A stretch of 47,072 bases of DNA from Elsinoe ampelina (taxonomy: Eukaryota). Made by a program: the position numbers and the translations under genes. Of the stretch, positions 1 to 11,577 are shown one piece after another. The stretch covers positions 1 to 47,072 of the forward strand of contig ML992536.1 of the NCBI GenBank assembly GCA_010093995.1, read 5' to 3'. A model generated the notes under the pieces. It saw only the letters and a program-made list of their open reading frames with translations. It had not been told where the DNA came from and made no database searches. Each line of letters starts with the position of its first letter. Position 1 is the stretch's first letter.

Positions 1-77
1 TAGAGGCTATAGTAGCGATAGAGGCTATAGTAGCGATAGAGGCTATAGTAGCGATAGAGGCTATAGTAGCGATAGAG
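1..77. repeat. 18-bp tandem repeat TAGAGGCTATAGTAGCGA, >=4 copies, truncated by window edge
   Basis: Directly visible. On the minus strand it reads in frame as (S-I-A-T-I-A)n within the relic ORF starting at 448. Confidence 0.95.
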
Positions 78-448
78 TTGTCGTTACTAAAGAAGTCCTT
101 GTCCCTATAGATCTCGTCGTTACTATCGTTAGGATTATACTTGTTATTCTTCTCGCTAGAGTATATAACCTTAACATACTTATACTAGTTAATAAGATTA
201 CCTTTAACGTTATAAACCTTATTATAGTCGAAGTTAGAGCGCTTAATAAAAGCCTATAGGAAAGGGTCGACGATAAGGTTAAGGCTTTAGATCTAGTCTA
301 GAGTAAAGGAGATATTAGTATCGGTACTAATTATCTATAGTATGTAGTAGATTCCCTTAAGCGTAGTATACTTTCGTTCGTCTAGGGTAAGTAAGGTAGT
401 AATAGTAGTAGCTAAGGCTTAGGCTTACTAGGGTCTAATTCTAGATAT
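1..448 (-). pseudogene. RIP-inactivated ORF, unknown product, hexapeptide repeat, runs off window
   Basis: One frame from ATA (ex-ATG) at 448 to the edge with sparse TAA/TAG (Q/W-derived): ...LLTLDERKYTTLKG...LNLIVDPFL*AFIKRSNFDY...DKDFFSNDN(SIATIA)n. Confidence 0.6.
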
Positions 449-1508
449 AGTAAATGTAAGTTAGTAGTCGTAGTATACTATATATATAAGAGTCGATAGT
501 GTAGTAAATTAAATTAAGTGTTTAATACCTCTATCTAGGGGGGAGGAAACTCCCTAATATACTAGTAGTTAAGGAGGAAGATATTTACTAGGTATAGTAA
601 GTAGTCTACTATTACTATTAAATATACCTTTAAGCAAATATTTGCTACACTACTCTAGAGTCTATAAACGTAAACAAATCTCTATAAAGGGAGGCTAAAC
701 CTTAGATAATTAGCTTAGCGTCGCTTCTTAATTATATATAACTAATCTCTTAATATACTAAGTAACACTATTATTAGGTCGTTATATATAGTTGTTAGAC
801 ATAGCTAATTAAGGTAGTGTAGACTATCGACTATAGCGCTAGATAGAGGCCTTATTAGGCGTATATCCTATTATATAAATAGTCGAAGCTCTTTCTCGTA
901 GCTAGTACTAATTCTAATCTCGCTTATAGTTATTTTACTCGTAGCAATCCGTAGCATGTAAGTAGATCTAATACCTCTAGATGTACTAACTAGTAGAGAA
1001 GGTAGCTAAGAGAGCGTTTTACTCCTTAAGTAGTAGAAGTTAGGGCCTTAGCGCCTATACCTTACCTAACTTACTAGAATTGTTAATTCTACTCGGTCCG
1101 AGAGATAATAGACAATAGTAGCAGCTATACTCTAGATAGAGATTCTAAAATAAGGGACGCTCTAGTAAGGTATTATAGTAGGTACTATACTACGCTCGAG
1201 GCTATAGTCTTTAGGTACATTACAGCTATATAGACGAAGTATAAGGAGGCATTAGGTTTGTTAAAGAATATACAAGCTTAAATTAGACTACTATTTAGCT
1301 ATTCTAAAGAACAAATAAAGCGCTAAGTACGTATAGATTAAAGAGAGAATAAAGATAGCTAAGGAGGTAGAAAGTATATAGATAAAATAAAAGTATTAAT
1401 ACTATTTTAGACAGTAAATGTAATACTATACGTAGGGGTAGATATTATAGAGGGAATCTAACGGGATAAGGTTTCCTAGCGCCGAAGATTAAGTAAGCCT
1501 AGCTTAAA

Positions 1509-2903
1509 TTATATATAGATATACGTACCTTCTGTTTCTAAGAAGTAGGCGATAGTAGTATAGATAAATCGTTCTACCTTAGGATTACTCTATATAGGCA
1601 TATTAGAAAGTCCGCGCAAGATAATACTTATAAGCTTACTAATACTATCTATAGACCGAGGCGTAGTTATAAATAGATTAGGTGTAGCGCTACGCTAGCG
1701 AGCTAGGTAGCTACTACTAAGTATCGAAGATAGTACAGAACTACCTCGAGAGATAGCTATAAGAGCCTAAGTCCTAGTAAGTAGTATAGAATAACGAGAA
1801 GGAGACTAGGTAAGGAGGAGAATACTACGCGAAGAATCTATTATAGAACTAAGAGGATAATTAACATCGACCTCTAGAATCGCTAGATAAAGAATATAAG
1901 ATCGACCGTTTATAATAGTATAAGTAGGACCTATAGTAGGAGAGCGTATAGTAGTTAAAGGGTCTATAACTACTAGAATAGTAAGCTACGCTAGAGAGAC
2001 CGTAGAGGTATAAGAGCCGGCAGAATAGGAGCGTATAGTAGATATAATAGGCCTATCTAGCGGATAGCGTAGAATATAGGCTAGTTAGCTAGTAGAGTCG
2101 TTTCTAACGAGAAGCAGATAGAGGCCGCGTACTATAAAGCTCTCTCTAATTACTAAGTTAAGGTTCGGAAGGGACTAACTATAAGGAATAAGCTAATTAA
2201 TACTTATACGTAGATTTATAAACGCTAAGGAGGTTATTATAGGTAAGTTTCGTAGGACTATATCGGCTATAGAGCCCGCGATAGTATACGTCTTAGTATC
2301 GCTACTAGCTTAATAGTAATAAGTTAAGGTCGTATTACTATTATAGTGCGTATCTACGCCGGTTCTACCCTATAGGCGGATGTTAGTAGTGTCTATAGAG
2401 CGAGGATTAGGACTAGTAGAGAAGTTATAGGAAACGTCTCCTACTACGTATTAATAAGATAAAGCCTAGATAAGTAAGTCTTCAAGCTCTTCGACACTCT
2501 ATTATAGGTCCTAAGTACTCTATAAGAGGTATTAAACCGAGCGTAATAAGTTCGAATTAGAACTACTAGAGCGATCTCTATTACGAGCTAGTAGAAGGTC
2601 TACGTACTAAGTATAAATACCTTTATATAGAGGAGGTTATAATTCCTACTACGTAGTACTACTGTATATAGAGCTAGGCGGAGAGGCTAAACCCGAAGGG
2701 TCTAAAGTAGAAGCCTAAAGTCTATAGGCCTAGTTAGGTAAGATACCTCCTTAAAGTAGTATATAGAGAGCTTATAGGTAATTATTCCTAACGCGACTAT
2801 TCGAGGTGTCCCGACTATTAATAAGACTATTGTAAATGCCAACACCCTCTTCTTATTCTTATAGAAGTATATAATAGGTATCCGACCTCTAAGACGTAGC
2901 TAT
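1509..2903 (-). pseudogene. RIP-inactivated ~465-codon ORF, unknown product
   Basis: Start context TAAA-ATA-G (de-RIP CAAAATGG). A single frame is maintained for 1,395 nt with only scattered TAA/TAG. 3' end approximate. Confidence 0.6.
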
Positions 2904-3593
2904 TTTACGTATAACTAGAAGAGGTATATAAAGGCCTAGAGGGTATCTACGATTAGGCTAGAGAAGAGTAGAGAGGTATATACCGAGATGTTACGACTAA
3001 AATAGCTAGTTAGATACTAGGTTTAGGAAGGACTATATAGTTATAGCGACTAACTAAGATAAGTAGGTAAGTAAGTACGAAGTAGAATTAGTATTAGTAT
3101 ATCGAGAATGTAGTTAGTTAGGGGCATTAACTTAAATACTATTAGTTTCGTGTGTCCTATAAAGCTAATAGGTACATTAATTAGTTAGGCTATATACGTG
3201 CTCCTATATAATAGTAAATAGGGAGACTAAGAAGCCTAGAATAGGTCGAAGGACAATTAAAGCGTAACGAGTAATAAATCGTATAAAACTAGGGAAAGCT
3301 AGATAGAAGATTATAAGTAGGAAGATTTAGTAGAATTCGTCTATAGTGTAATTTAAATAGAGTTAAGGGAATAGAGTTCTTAATAGAGAAGTCTTAAGCT
3401 ATTTATACTATTTAATAAGGAAAGCTTAAAAGTAAGCTTAATAGTAATCCTATACGGCTAGATTAAGGAATTATATATACCTAGGTACTATAAGATTAAG
3501 AGAGTTACCTATTATAGTAAGTAAGTCTATTCTCTATACGCTAGAGTAGTATTATCTATAGCTTTTAGCGTTATAGTAGACTTTCCGTGTAGT

Positions 3594-4500
3594 ATGTCTA
3601 AATAGAGCTAAAAAGACATAAACGGACATATTAGTACGGATTATTAGTCGAGAGCAGTAGTAAGTACGAGTAATATTAAGGACGATTCCTAGTCTAGAGA
3701 GTTCCGTACCTATTCTCTCTATTCCTAAAGCTCTTACCTAAAGCTCGAGTAAGACGTATATTAGCTAGACCGAGATAGCCTTATAGCTAATAGACAACTA
3801 AACGACAAAGTTAATAGCCTAATTATAATTGCATCCCTATACGAGATAGTGTTAATTATATATAACTAAGAGAGTTACGTATTAGAATTTCGATATTAAA
3901 GCAAGGCACCGGATCTAAATCTCGTCTTAGTAGTAGTTTCCTATCCCGCGTACTAGCTAGCTATAGACTATTACGGACTATATCTACTACTATAGCTTAG
4001 CAAATTTTTCTCGCGTACTATAGAAGCTAATACAAATACCTACCTCCCCTATATTAATCCGATAGCTATCTAGAAGTAATAACAGTTATATAAGACTTCT
4101 AGAGTAACTTATATATCTAGTGTAGCTATAGTAGCGAACTTAGGTGGCCCCGCTTATAGGATCTTTACGATAGAACAATAAAGGCTATCGGCCGCTAGAC
4201 TAATAGGATGTCTTCTGTTCTATTATATAAGACCTTACCTCCTATAATAACATTCTAATTAGTATACATGTATCTATTTTATAGACTATCGTTTGTATAT
4301 ATAATGTAAACGTAGTACTAGCAAGGTTTATATATAATCCGCTAGCGCTCGAGTAAGATTATTATATATACTACTATTAGCAATTAGGACCTCGCGATGT
4401 TATAGGTAGGCTAGGCGAATATAGGGTATTAATAGAGACTTTATCCTAGATATATAATAAACTAAAATCTTAATCCTTATCTAGGAAAGAATACTTCTTC
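3594..4500 (+). pseudogene. RIP-inactivated ORF, unknown product
   Basis: Surviving ATG at 3594 followed by a stop-poor frame (MSK*S*KDINGHISTDY...DRDSLIANRQLNDKVNSL...VSYPAY*LAIDYY). End uncertain. Confidence 0.45.
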
Positions 4501-5167
4501 GTTAATAGACATTTGCTTCGTATAGTAGTCTATTATAACAGCACTTTAATGTTATTAAATTATATAGAAGCTACTATATCGTATATATGTTTTATATACA
4601 CCGCCTAGAGCTAGTCCTTCGGATAGGAATAATTAAAATAGACTTCTATAGTACTCTATAGAGGGATTCTAGCGCTATCGATATTACTCTACTTAGTTAT
4701 CCTACTAGTATACTACGCTGTTCTATCTCCTATTATAAGCGTAGGAAGCGATATAGAGATTACTCTTTCGCATCCCTACTATTAGTATCTATTAGCCCTT
4801 TTAGATTAGTCGAGATGCCTCTAATACGTCGTTTAGGTACGATATATTATTATTCTCTACTATAGCGATAAACTACTTTTACAATTAACTAGACTAGTAA
4901 GTAGCTTATAGTAAGCTATTTATCCCGTTCCTTAGAAATTACTACCTAATCGATAGGTTTCTAATAGTATCTACGCCTAGGCGGAACCTATTTAAAAGTC
5001 TATAAGAAGGTCCTCGTCGACCTATTTCTCCCTAACTTCTATTCTTACAAGCTCTTTACTAATTCTTAACTTCCTTACTACTAATTAGTACTTTAATAGT
5101 ATCTCTATCTAACGTATAGGTCGACGATTCTCTTAGCTATCTATTAGAGATAGATCGAGCCCTACGT

Positions 5168-5740
5168 ATACCTCGCTATAAGCGTACTAGGGTATATAAA
5201 TATATAAGGTCTTACTTTATAATAACTAACCTATTTTAGAATACCGACGAGAGCGATACTAGTTACTCCTCCTCTACTAGTAGTAAGAAGAGGAAGGCTA
5301 CTACTAAGAAGCTTACCTACCCTAGGCCTATTAACTTCCCCGAACTCCTTACCTACTTTTAGAAGCTTTAGAGTAATATATCGGCTACCGCTAAGGAGCT
5401 TTAGTAGGTTTATAACGGTCTAGTAAGGATTATAGATCTAGTTAAGAACGATAAGGAGTAGAAGGAGTTAGTATTTACCTATCTTATAGGGGCCTATAAG
5501 GATTACTATAACGACACTTAAGAGCTTAATAACTTTACTAAGGGTACATAGAAGAAGGTTAACTAGGTCTCTAGCTTTAATACCTACGTTAATACTACTA
5601 TAAGTCTACCGACTATCTACCTCTTATCCTCGCTAATATTTTAGAACGCTAAAACTATAACTAATAATAGAGGTATAGGTAGTAACTACGCTAAGGCCGC
5701 CTAAGGGTAGCTATAAGGTATAATACTAGGTAGCTAAGAG
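5168..5740 (+). pseudogene. RIP-inactivated three-exon gene, basic NLS-like KKRK plus helical region
   Basis: Exon 5168-5191 (ex-ATG PRYKRTR); intron 5192-5239 (GT...ACTAAC...TAG); exon 5240-5599 (NTDESDTSYSSSTSSKKRKATTKK...); intron 5600-5644 (RIP-hit donor ATAAGT, branch GCTAAT, TAG). Both introns are phase 0 and preserve the frame. Confidence 0.75.
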
Positions 5741-6125
5741 TGTAGGATTTCGAGTTTAAGATGCTATATAGTATTCTTAGAGGAGGAATTAGGATTTCTT
5801 ATAGCTTTACTCCTAGGCTTTTAGTACGTCTACTCCTTCGTTAGCTAGAGAATATAAATTTAGTTACCTACTAATTTAACTTGCCCTTATTATACTTAAA
5901 ATCGTGAATTTAGAGTCTTAAATAATCTATATCTTACTCTACTAGTTATTTTACGCATTAAAAGTATATAATAACCTTAGCTAAATAAGTTCCGATATAT
6001 CGGTTAGTTAATCCTCTATCTATAGCTACTTCTAACCCTATACTTTACTATATAGATCACTCCTAATCTATCTTATTACTATTACCCCTACTCCTAAGGC
6101 GGCCTAAAATCGGCTTACTTCTAGT

Positions 6126-7385
6126 ATAGCTAGTAATTAGACAATAGTTAGCCTAGAAGCTTAACTCTATAGCGAATCCTCCCCTAGTGTCGATAACTCT
6201 TCCTAGCTTCTAGTAGATAAAGTTAGTAGAAGAGGCTCCTTTATAGGACTACTACTCTAACTACTACTTACACCCGATAGACCTAATAGTAAAGATTAGC
6301 TAGATCTCGATATAACTACCCCTAACGCCTACGCTAGCCTCCCTATAGACTAAAATTAGTAGCGAAGCGTAGTCCTAGTCGACCCTTCTAGAGACCTTCT
6401 CTACCTTAATAGACTTAATTAGATCCTAAATAGATAGGAATATCTAGCTATAGTCGAGATATATTAAGACGAAGTAGGGATTATAGATCTTAACTATTTC
6501 TAGTAATGTCCTAGGGATCTAGAAGGTAAAGTATAAGAACTTCTAAGTTATAGTAGTAGGGCGAAACTCGAGGAGAAGTATAATTAGTATAACGCTAGTA
6601 TCTAGCCTACTTATATTAGTTAAATCGATAGCTAGGAGTAGGTTACGAAGGAGACATACGTATTAAATAGGGCTAACCTAGAGCTAGAGCTAAGAGTAAC
6701 TCTCTCCTCTAGAGTCTTCGCTTCCTATACTTAACGCTAGTAAGGCTACTATAGTTAAGATACGAAGTAGAGTATACTAGGTAAGGGGGCGCCTACGCTA
6801 TAGGTCCTAGCTACTAGGTCGGCGTACTTAACTTTCCCTATAGTAAGTAAGTAAAGAGTTTAGCCTAGTAGTATACTATATACCTCGTCTACCTCTTATA
6901 CTAAAGGTGTTATTTAGGGAGAGCGCGAGGAGATAGTCGACTAGAACTACCGTATAGGATTAATATATAAATCTAAAATAGGCGTCGTATATAATTACGT
7001 AGCCTATAATAGAGCTTAGTTCGATAAAGTAGACCTATAAAATAAGATACTCGAGGGATCTTAGAGCTATAGGTAAAGGCTAGTAAGTCCTTCTTATATA
7101 GTTATAACTGCCTTAACTAGCTGTAGGATCGCCTATATCTAGTAAGATCTCTAGATTATAATAAGTAAGGAGATAGTAGAGCTAGATTCCGGCGATAATA
7201 TTATATTAATCTAAGTCCTTAATAGTGCCGAGCTCGATATCTAGCTAATTATATAACTTAGCTATAGCTACGAGACGATCTTCGCGTTACCTCTATTAGT
7301 AAGCCTTCTATCGTATAAAGACTAAGACTATAGCGAGTAGTCTAGGAGTATAGTAGATATCGAAAGGGATAGACGAAGGTCGTAG
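6126..7385 (+). pseudogene. RIP-inactivated ~420-codon ORF, unknown product
   Basis: Single frame from ATA GCT (ex-ATG GCT) at 6126 with protein-like codons and Q/W-type stops only; no frameshift seen. Confidence 0.55.
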
Positions 7386-8039
7386 ATAAATATTAGAGCT
7401 TTCTTTATTATCTATTTTATTATATAAGTAAAGTATAATATATAATAAGTAGAGATTTAGAAAGAGTAGATTTAGGAAGAGTAGGTCTAGAAAGAGGAGG
7501 TAGGAAGTAGAGAATTTCTAATGTAATATAAATTATAATAGACCTAATTAAGTTTACTTTAATACCTAGTAAGCACTAGTAAAGTAGATACGGCATTAGC
7601 CTAATTCTCTAAGAGTATAGCGTCGCTACTAAGGTAATTCTAAAGTATGTCTTAAGACTTACCTTATATAGTAGAGAGTCTCTCGATTATATCGCTAGTT
7701 ATAGTGCCTAAGACTATAGATAGAATATCTGTACACGATATTATAAAAGTTAGATCTAAGAGTATTACGCTCTAGAGCTAAGAAATTACCTCGCCTACGA
7801 GAAGACGTAATATAAAGATAGTTAAAACTAGTATATTATAAGGAACAAAAGTATATAGCTTTTAGAATATAAGGTAGTTTAACGTCTTACTTCCGGGGTT
7901 TAACATTTAATCTAGTAAAGCTTAACCTTGGGACTATTTACGCTAATATCCTAATAGCGTATTTTAGGTAATACTTAAAAGTTAATTAGAATCTTTCTAT
8001 CTTCTAACGCTAAGCTATTTAGCTAAAGGACTTGTCTAT

Positions 8040-9150
8040 ATAGCGCTCGAGTAGACTATCTCTAAGTAAGGCACTTGCCCTTAGTAGTAGCTACTAGCTA
8101 CTCTTAGACAATGTTAGCCCTACTATTACTTATAGAGCTATAATAGTATACGAGACTTTATAGGAGCATCTTAGGACCGATAAAGGACAATACTACCTAC
8201 TAGCTTTATAAAGCCTATTATAGCTTATAAACGACTAGTAGATATATCTACTAGCACGAATAGTTATACCTTCCCTACGCGATAGCTTATCTACTATCGA
8301 TCTTACCTAGGTATAGAAAAATGTTACAATAACTGTAATAGAACGATATAGTAGAGTATTTAAGGCTCCGCTAAAATCTGCACTTACTGTAGATAAGCGA
8401 CAAAGGTTCTTAGAAGTAGAGATGTTTCGAGTAAGTCTCCTACTATTCTAGTAGGGAGAGATCCCTCGAGGCCGACACGAAGAGGTTAAGGAATAGTTAG
8501 CTATAAGGCTACAGTAACTAGCTAGTTCTATAGTAAGCTACTAGCTACTAACTAGATAGTTAGACATAGGAGAGGAGCTTACCTTCCGATAGTTAATAGC
8601 TAGATAGTTTAGTAAAAGGGGAAAAAGTTAGTAATAAAGGGTTCTAGAGAAGTACCTAAGTAGACTTAGTAAGGAGTAGAGAAACAAGAGCCTAATTAGA
8701 TAGTAAGTTAAGCTAGGGACTTATTATAGACAAGTTACTAGTAAAGGACTAGATTAAGTGTAATAATAAGTTTAGATAGGCCTATATAGCCCCGAGACTC
8801 TATAATAGTTTATTTGTTTCGCGCTAATTAATACGTAGAGGCAGTAGTCGGGCTACTTATAAAATTAATTAAGAATCTAGAACGAGAAAGTATACTAGAG
8901 ACATCGCTAGAGATTAGGTCCTATAGCTAAGGATCGGTCTAGTAAGAGGAAGTCCTCGAGGTATACTTCGGAGTATAATATTTAGAAAGAAGAAGTTAGT
9001 AAAGTCTATAATATTAGAAACCTTTCCTATACTAGCGAAGAAGAGTACGAATATATAGTAGAAGCCTACGATAGTAGCGATTATAGAGGCGGAGGTAACT
9101 ATAGAGTTAATAGAGGTAGAGGTACTTACGGCGTAAAATAGTAGAGCTAA
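8040..9150 (+). pseudogene. RIP-inactivated ORF with acidic/Gly-rich C-terminus, unknown product
   Basis: Frame reads ...DKRQRFLEVEMFRVSLLLF**GEIPRGRHEEVKE...KRKSSR...SEEEYEY...DSSDYRGGGNY. Start and a possible internal intron are uncertain. Confidence 0.5.
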
Positions 9151-9499
9151 GGTAAGAGGGTAGATAATAGTAATATAGTAGACTAGAGCAATTCTATAAT
9201 AATAACCCGAATTAAAGTCCTATAAAACTTAATACTATTAATTATAGAATATTGCCCCTCTATTACCTTAATCTTTATAATCGGTTAACTTCTTTAAAGG
9301 AGAAAGTATACTATTCCGAGATTTAAATATAGCTAAGTAGTTTTCTCCTTTTTATCCTACTAGAATTATTATTCTATACCTACGCTTCCTATAGGCTATA
9401 TCTATCGTTAATAACACCTCTTCTAAAGCTTAACTATAGAATTAGTAGGTAAGGTACCTCTACTCTAAGATCTTCCTCGATCTTTAAGATAGTTCTAGT

Positions 9500-10181
9500 A
9501 ATATATACTAGATAAATAGCTCGCACTTTAGGTTCTAGATCGTAACATACATAGTTATTAAAGGCCTCTACTAACATATGTCTTACTAGTAATAGCTTAG
9601 AACGAATACTACGTACTTCGACAATATAAATTCTTTATGTATCTACTAGACTATATAGAGTAGAGTCGATTATAGCCTTAACTAAGACTATATCTAAGCA
9701 GTTAGAAGCCTTCGAAGCTTAAGTATATATACGCTACAAAGTTAAAGACTAGCTCGAATACTAATCTACTATATAGAGGATTTGTACCCGAAGTAATCTT
9801 CCTTAATTACGTGTAGACTACCTAAGCCGCTATAGCCTTCTAATAAGAAAGTTATCGTAGCTATTTCCTAAAGTCGAGCTATCTTCTAAACCTACCTAAT
9901 CCCGTTATACTAGTGTATATAATCCAGGTCGTTAGTTACCTAATAATAGCTATATATTAGACCTAGGCTGCTTGCTTATATGTAATTCTTACTTATAGCG
10001 ACGTAGCTATATTAGATCTTACCTAGATATAGTAGGTAATTAACTCTTATATATACTTCGACACGGAGAGGGGGAACGTTAGGATAGAACGGGACCTAGG
10101 TAACCTAAAATACCTCTAGGTAGATAGCTTAATTAATCTATAGAGTAGTAAACCTACGTAGAGGGAGAAGTAGATAGTTAA
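9500..10181 (+). pseudogene. RIP-inactivated spliced gene, unknown product
   Basis: Phase-0 intron 9723-9776 (GTATAT...ACTAAT...TAG) joins ...TISKQLEAFEA* to RICTRSNLP*LRVDYLSRYSLLIRKL... in frame. A second branch/acceptor lies near 9570-9589. Confidence 0.5.
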
Positions 10182-10229
10182 TCTATTTAATACTTATAAA
10201 TATACTTTACTCGAAACGATAATCGATAC

Positions 10230-11210
10230 ATTATATAGAGTATTTCTATCTAGTATAATTATACCTTTCGCCCTTATATAAGATATTTGCTATATATTCC
10301 CTATCCCCTCGTTACTAGAAGCTAGTTAGCTACTTAGTAGCTAGGATAGAAGTACTATACCTAAGGCTATCGAAGGTCTTAACGGGTAAGCTATACTATT
10401 CTTATGTACTAGATTATAGAAGCCTATACTAGTAGGCAAATGCCCGCTATTAGACGGACTAATATAAGCGACTAGGAAGGTCCTAGCTCTTTCGCTACTC
10501 GTTTAATTCGTTTACGAGCGGTCTCTCTCTATACCTCGCCTCTTGTAATCTCTTTAATTTATCGTCCTTCTCTTTTAACTAGATATACTTATATTAGGTC
10601 CTCTTAATAACTTTATATATCTAGGGTAGACAGGAAGATCTCCTAACCTTATTACTATAGCTAGACTTAACTATAGCCTTAGTCTTCGATAGCCTTTACT
10701 CCGATCCTCTACTAGAGACCTCTCCTTCTAGAGCTTAAGAATAATCTCTAGGTACTTCTAGTTATAGCGCTTTATTTTAGAATTACTTATTGTTACAAGG
10801 AGTTACGCTTTTCTTCTAAGGACGACTTATCCTAGCCTTCGACTTTGTCTTTAGACTAAAGCTAGCTTTAGTCTTATCTATAAGTATAAGATAAGCTCGA
10901 ATAATATTAGAGGCTTACGAGAAACTTACTAATTACGCGGTCTAGTAAGCCCTAGCTAATATCTATAAGTAATTCTACGTTACTAGATTACTTAGAGGAG
11001 TTATAGAGACTAAGTACTTATATAAGCTTAATAATCTCTTCGACCTTATCGGTAGCTTTCTCCGCTCTATCCTAGCAGTAATAATATAGCATTTACTAAG
11101 TCTTTATTATAACTTTCACCGGTCTAGTAGCGGCGGGTAGTCCTATAGCTTAGAATAGTATTAGCACTATAAATAAGATCTCTACGAAGCTCGATAGACT
11201 ATCTCTTTAT
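10230..11210 (-). pseudogene. RIP-inactivated spliced gene with Myb/SANT-like domain
   Basis: Intron 10929-10878 (GTAAGT...TAG) preserves the frame. 10581-10441 reads *LKEKDDKLKRLQEARYRERPLVNELNE*RKS*DLPSRLY*SV**RA, which de-RIPs to WSKEKDDKL...LPGRSYQSVQQR, matching the Myb/SANT W-S-x-E-x-D-x-x-L...PGRS pattern. Confidence 0.6.
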
Positions 11211-11577
11211 ATAAAAATAGATACTTATAAATATATATTATAGAAATGTACTGGGATATCTTATATTAAAGTAGTTCAATCGCTACGGACATCGATAGTA
11301 CCTCTTAAAAAGCTATTAGGTAATATAATTAAGACAGGTAGCTACGGAGCTAAGTAAATTTAATTGTTAGCGGTTTATACTTACTTCTATACGACTAGTA
11401 CTATAAGTGGCCGCTTAAGACGAGATAGACTTATTTATATAAGTTCGATAAGTAGGAGGCGTACTAATTATAATAAATATGTGTCTCGTAATTAAAGGAA
11501 GCGTTTTTACCCTCGGGGACGGCGTTAAGCTATATTAAGGGCTATTTATATAACTAGCTACTATTACTATTCTAATA

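Noticed and set aside
3770..4200. Ulp1/C48-like protease reading of the 3594 relic (QLND...HW)
   Set aside because: No recognisable Q-x-N/D-x-x-D-C-G catalytic motif; the resemblance is too weak.
7453..7497. Degenerate 15-bp x3 purine-rich repeat
   Set aside because: Short and divergent, with no supportable function.
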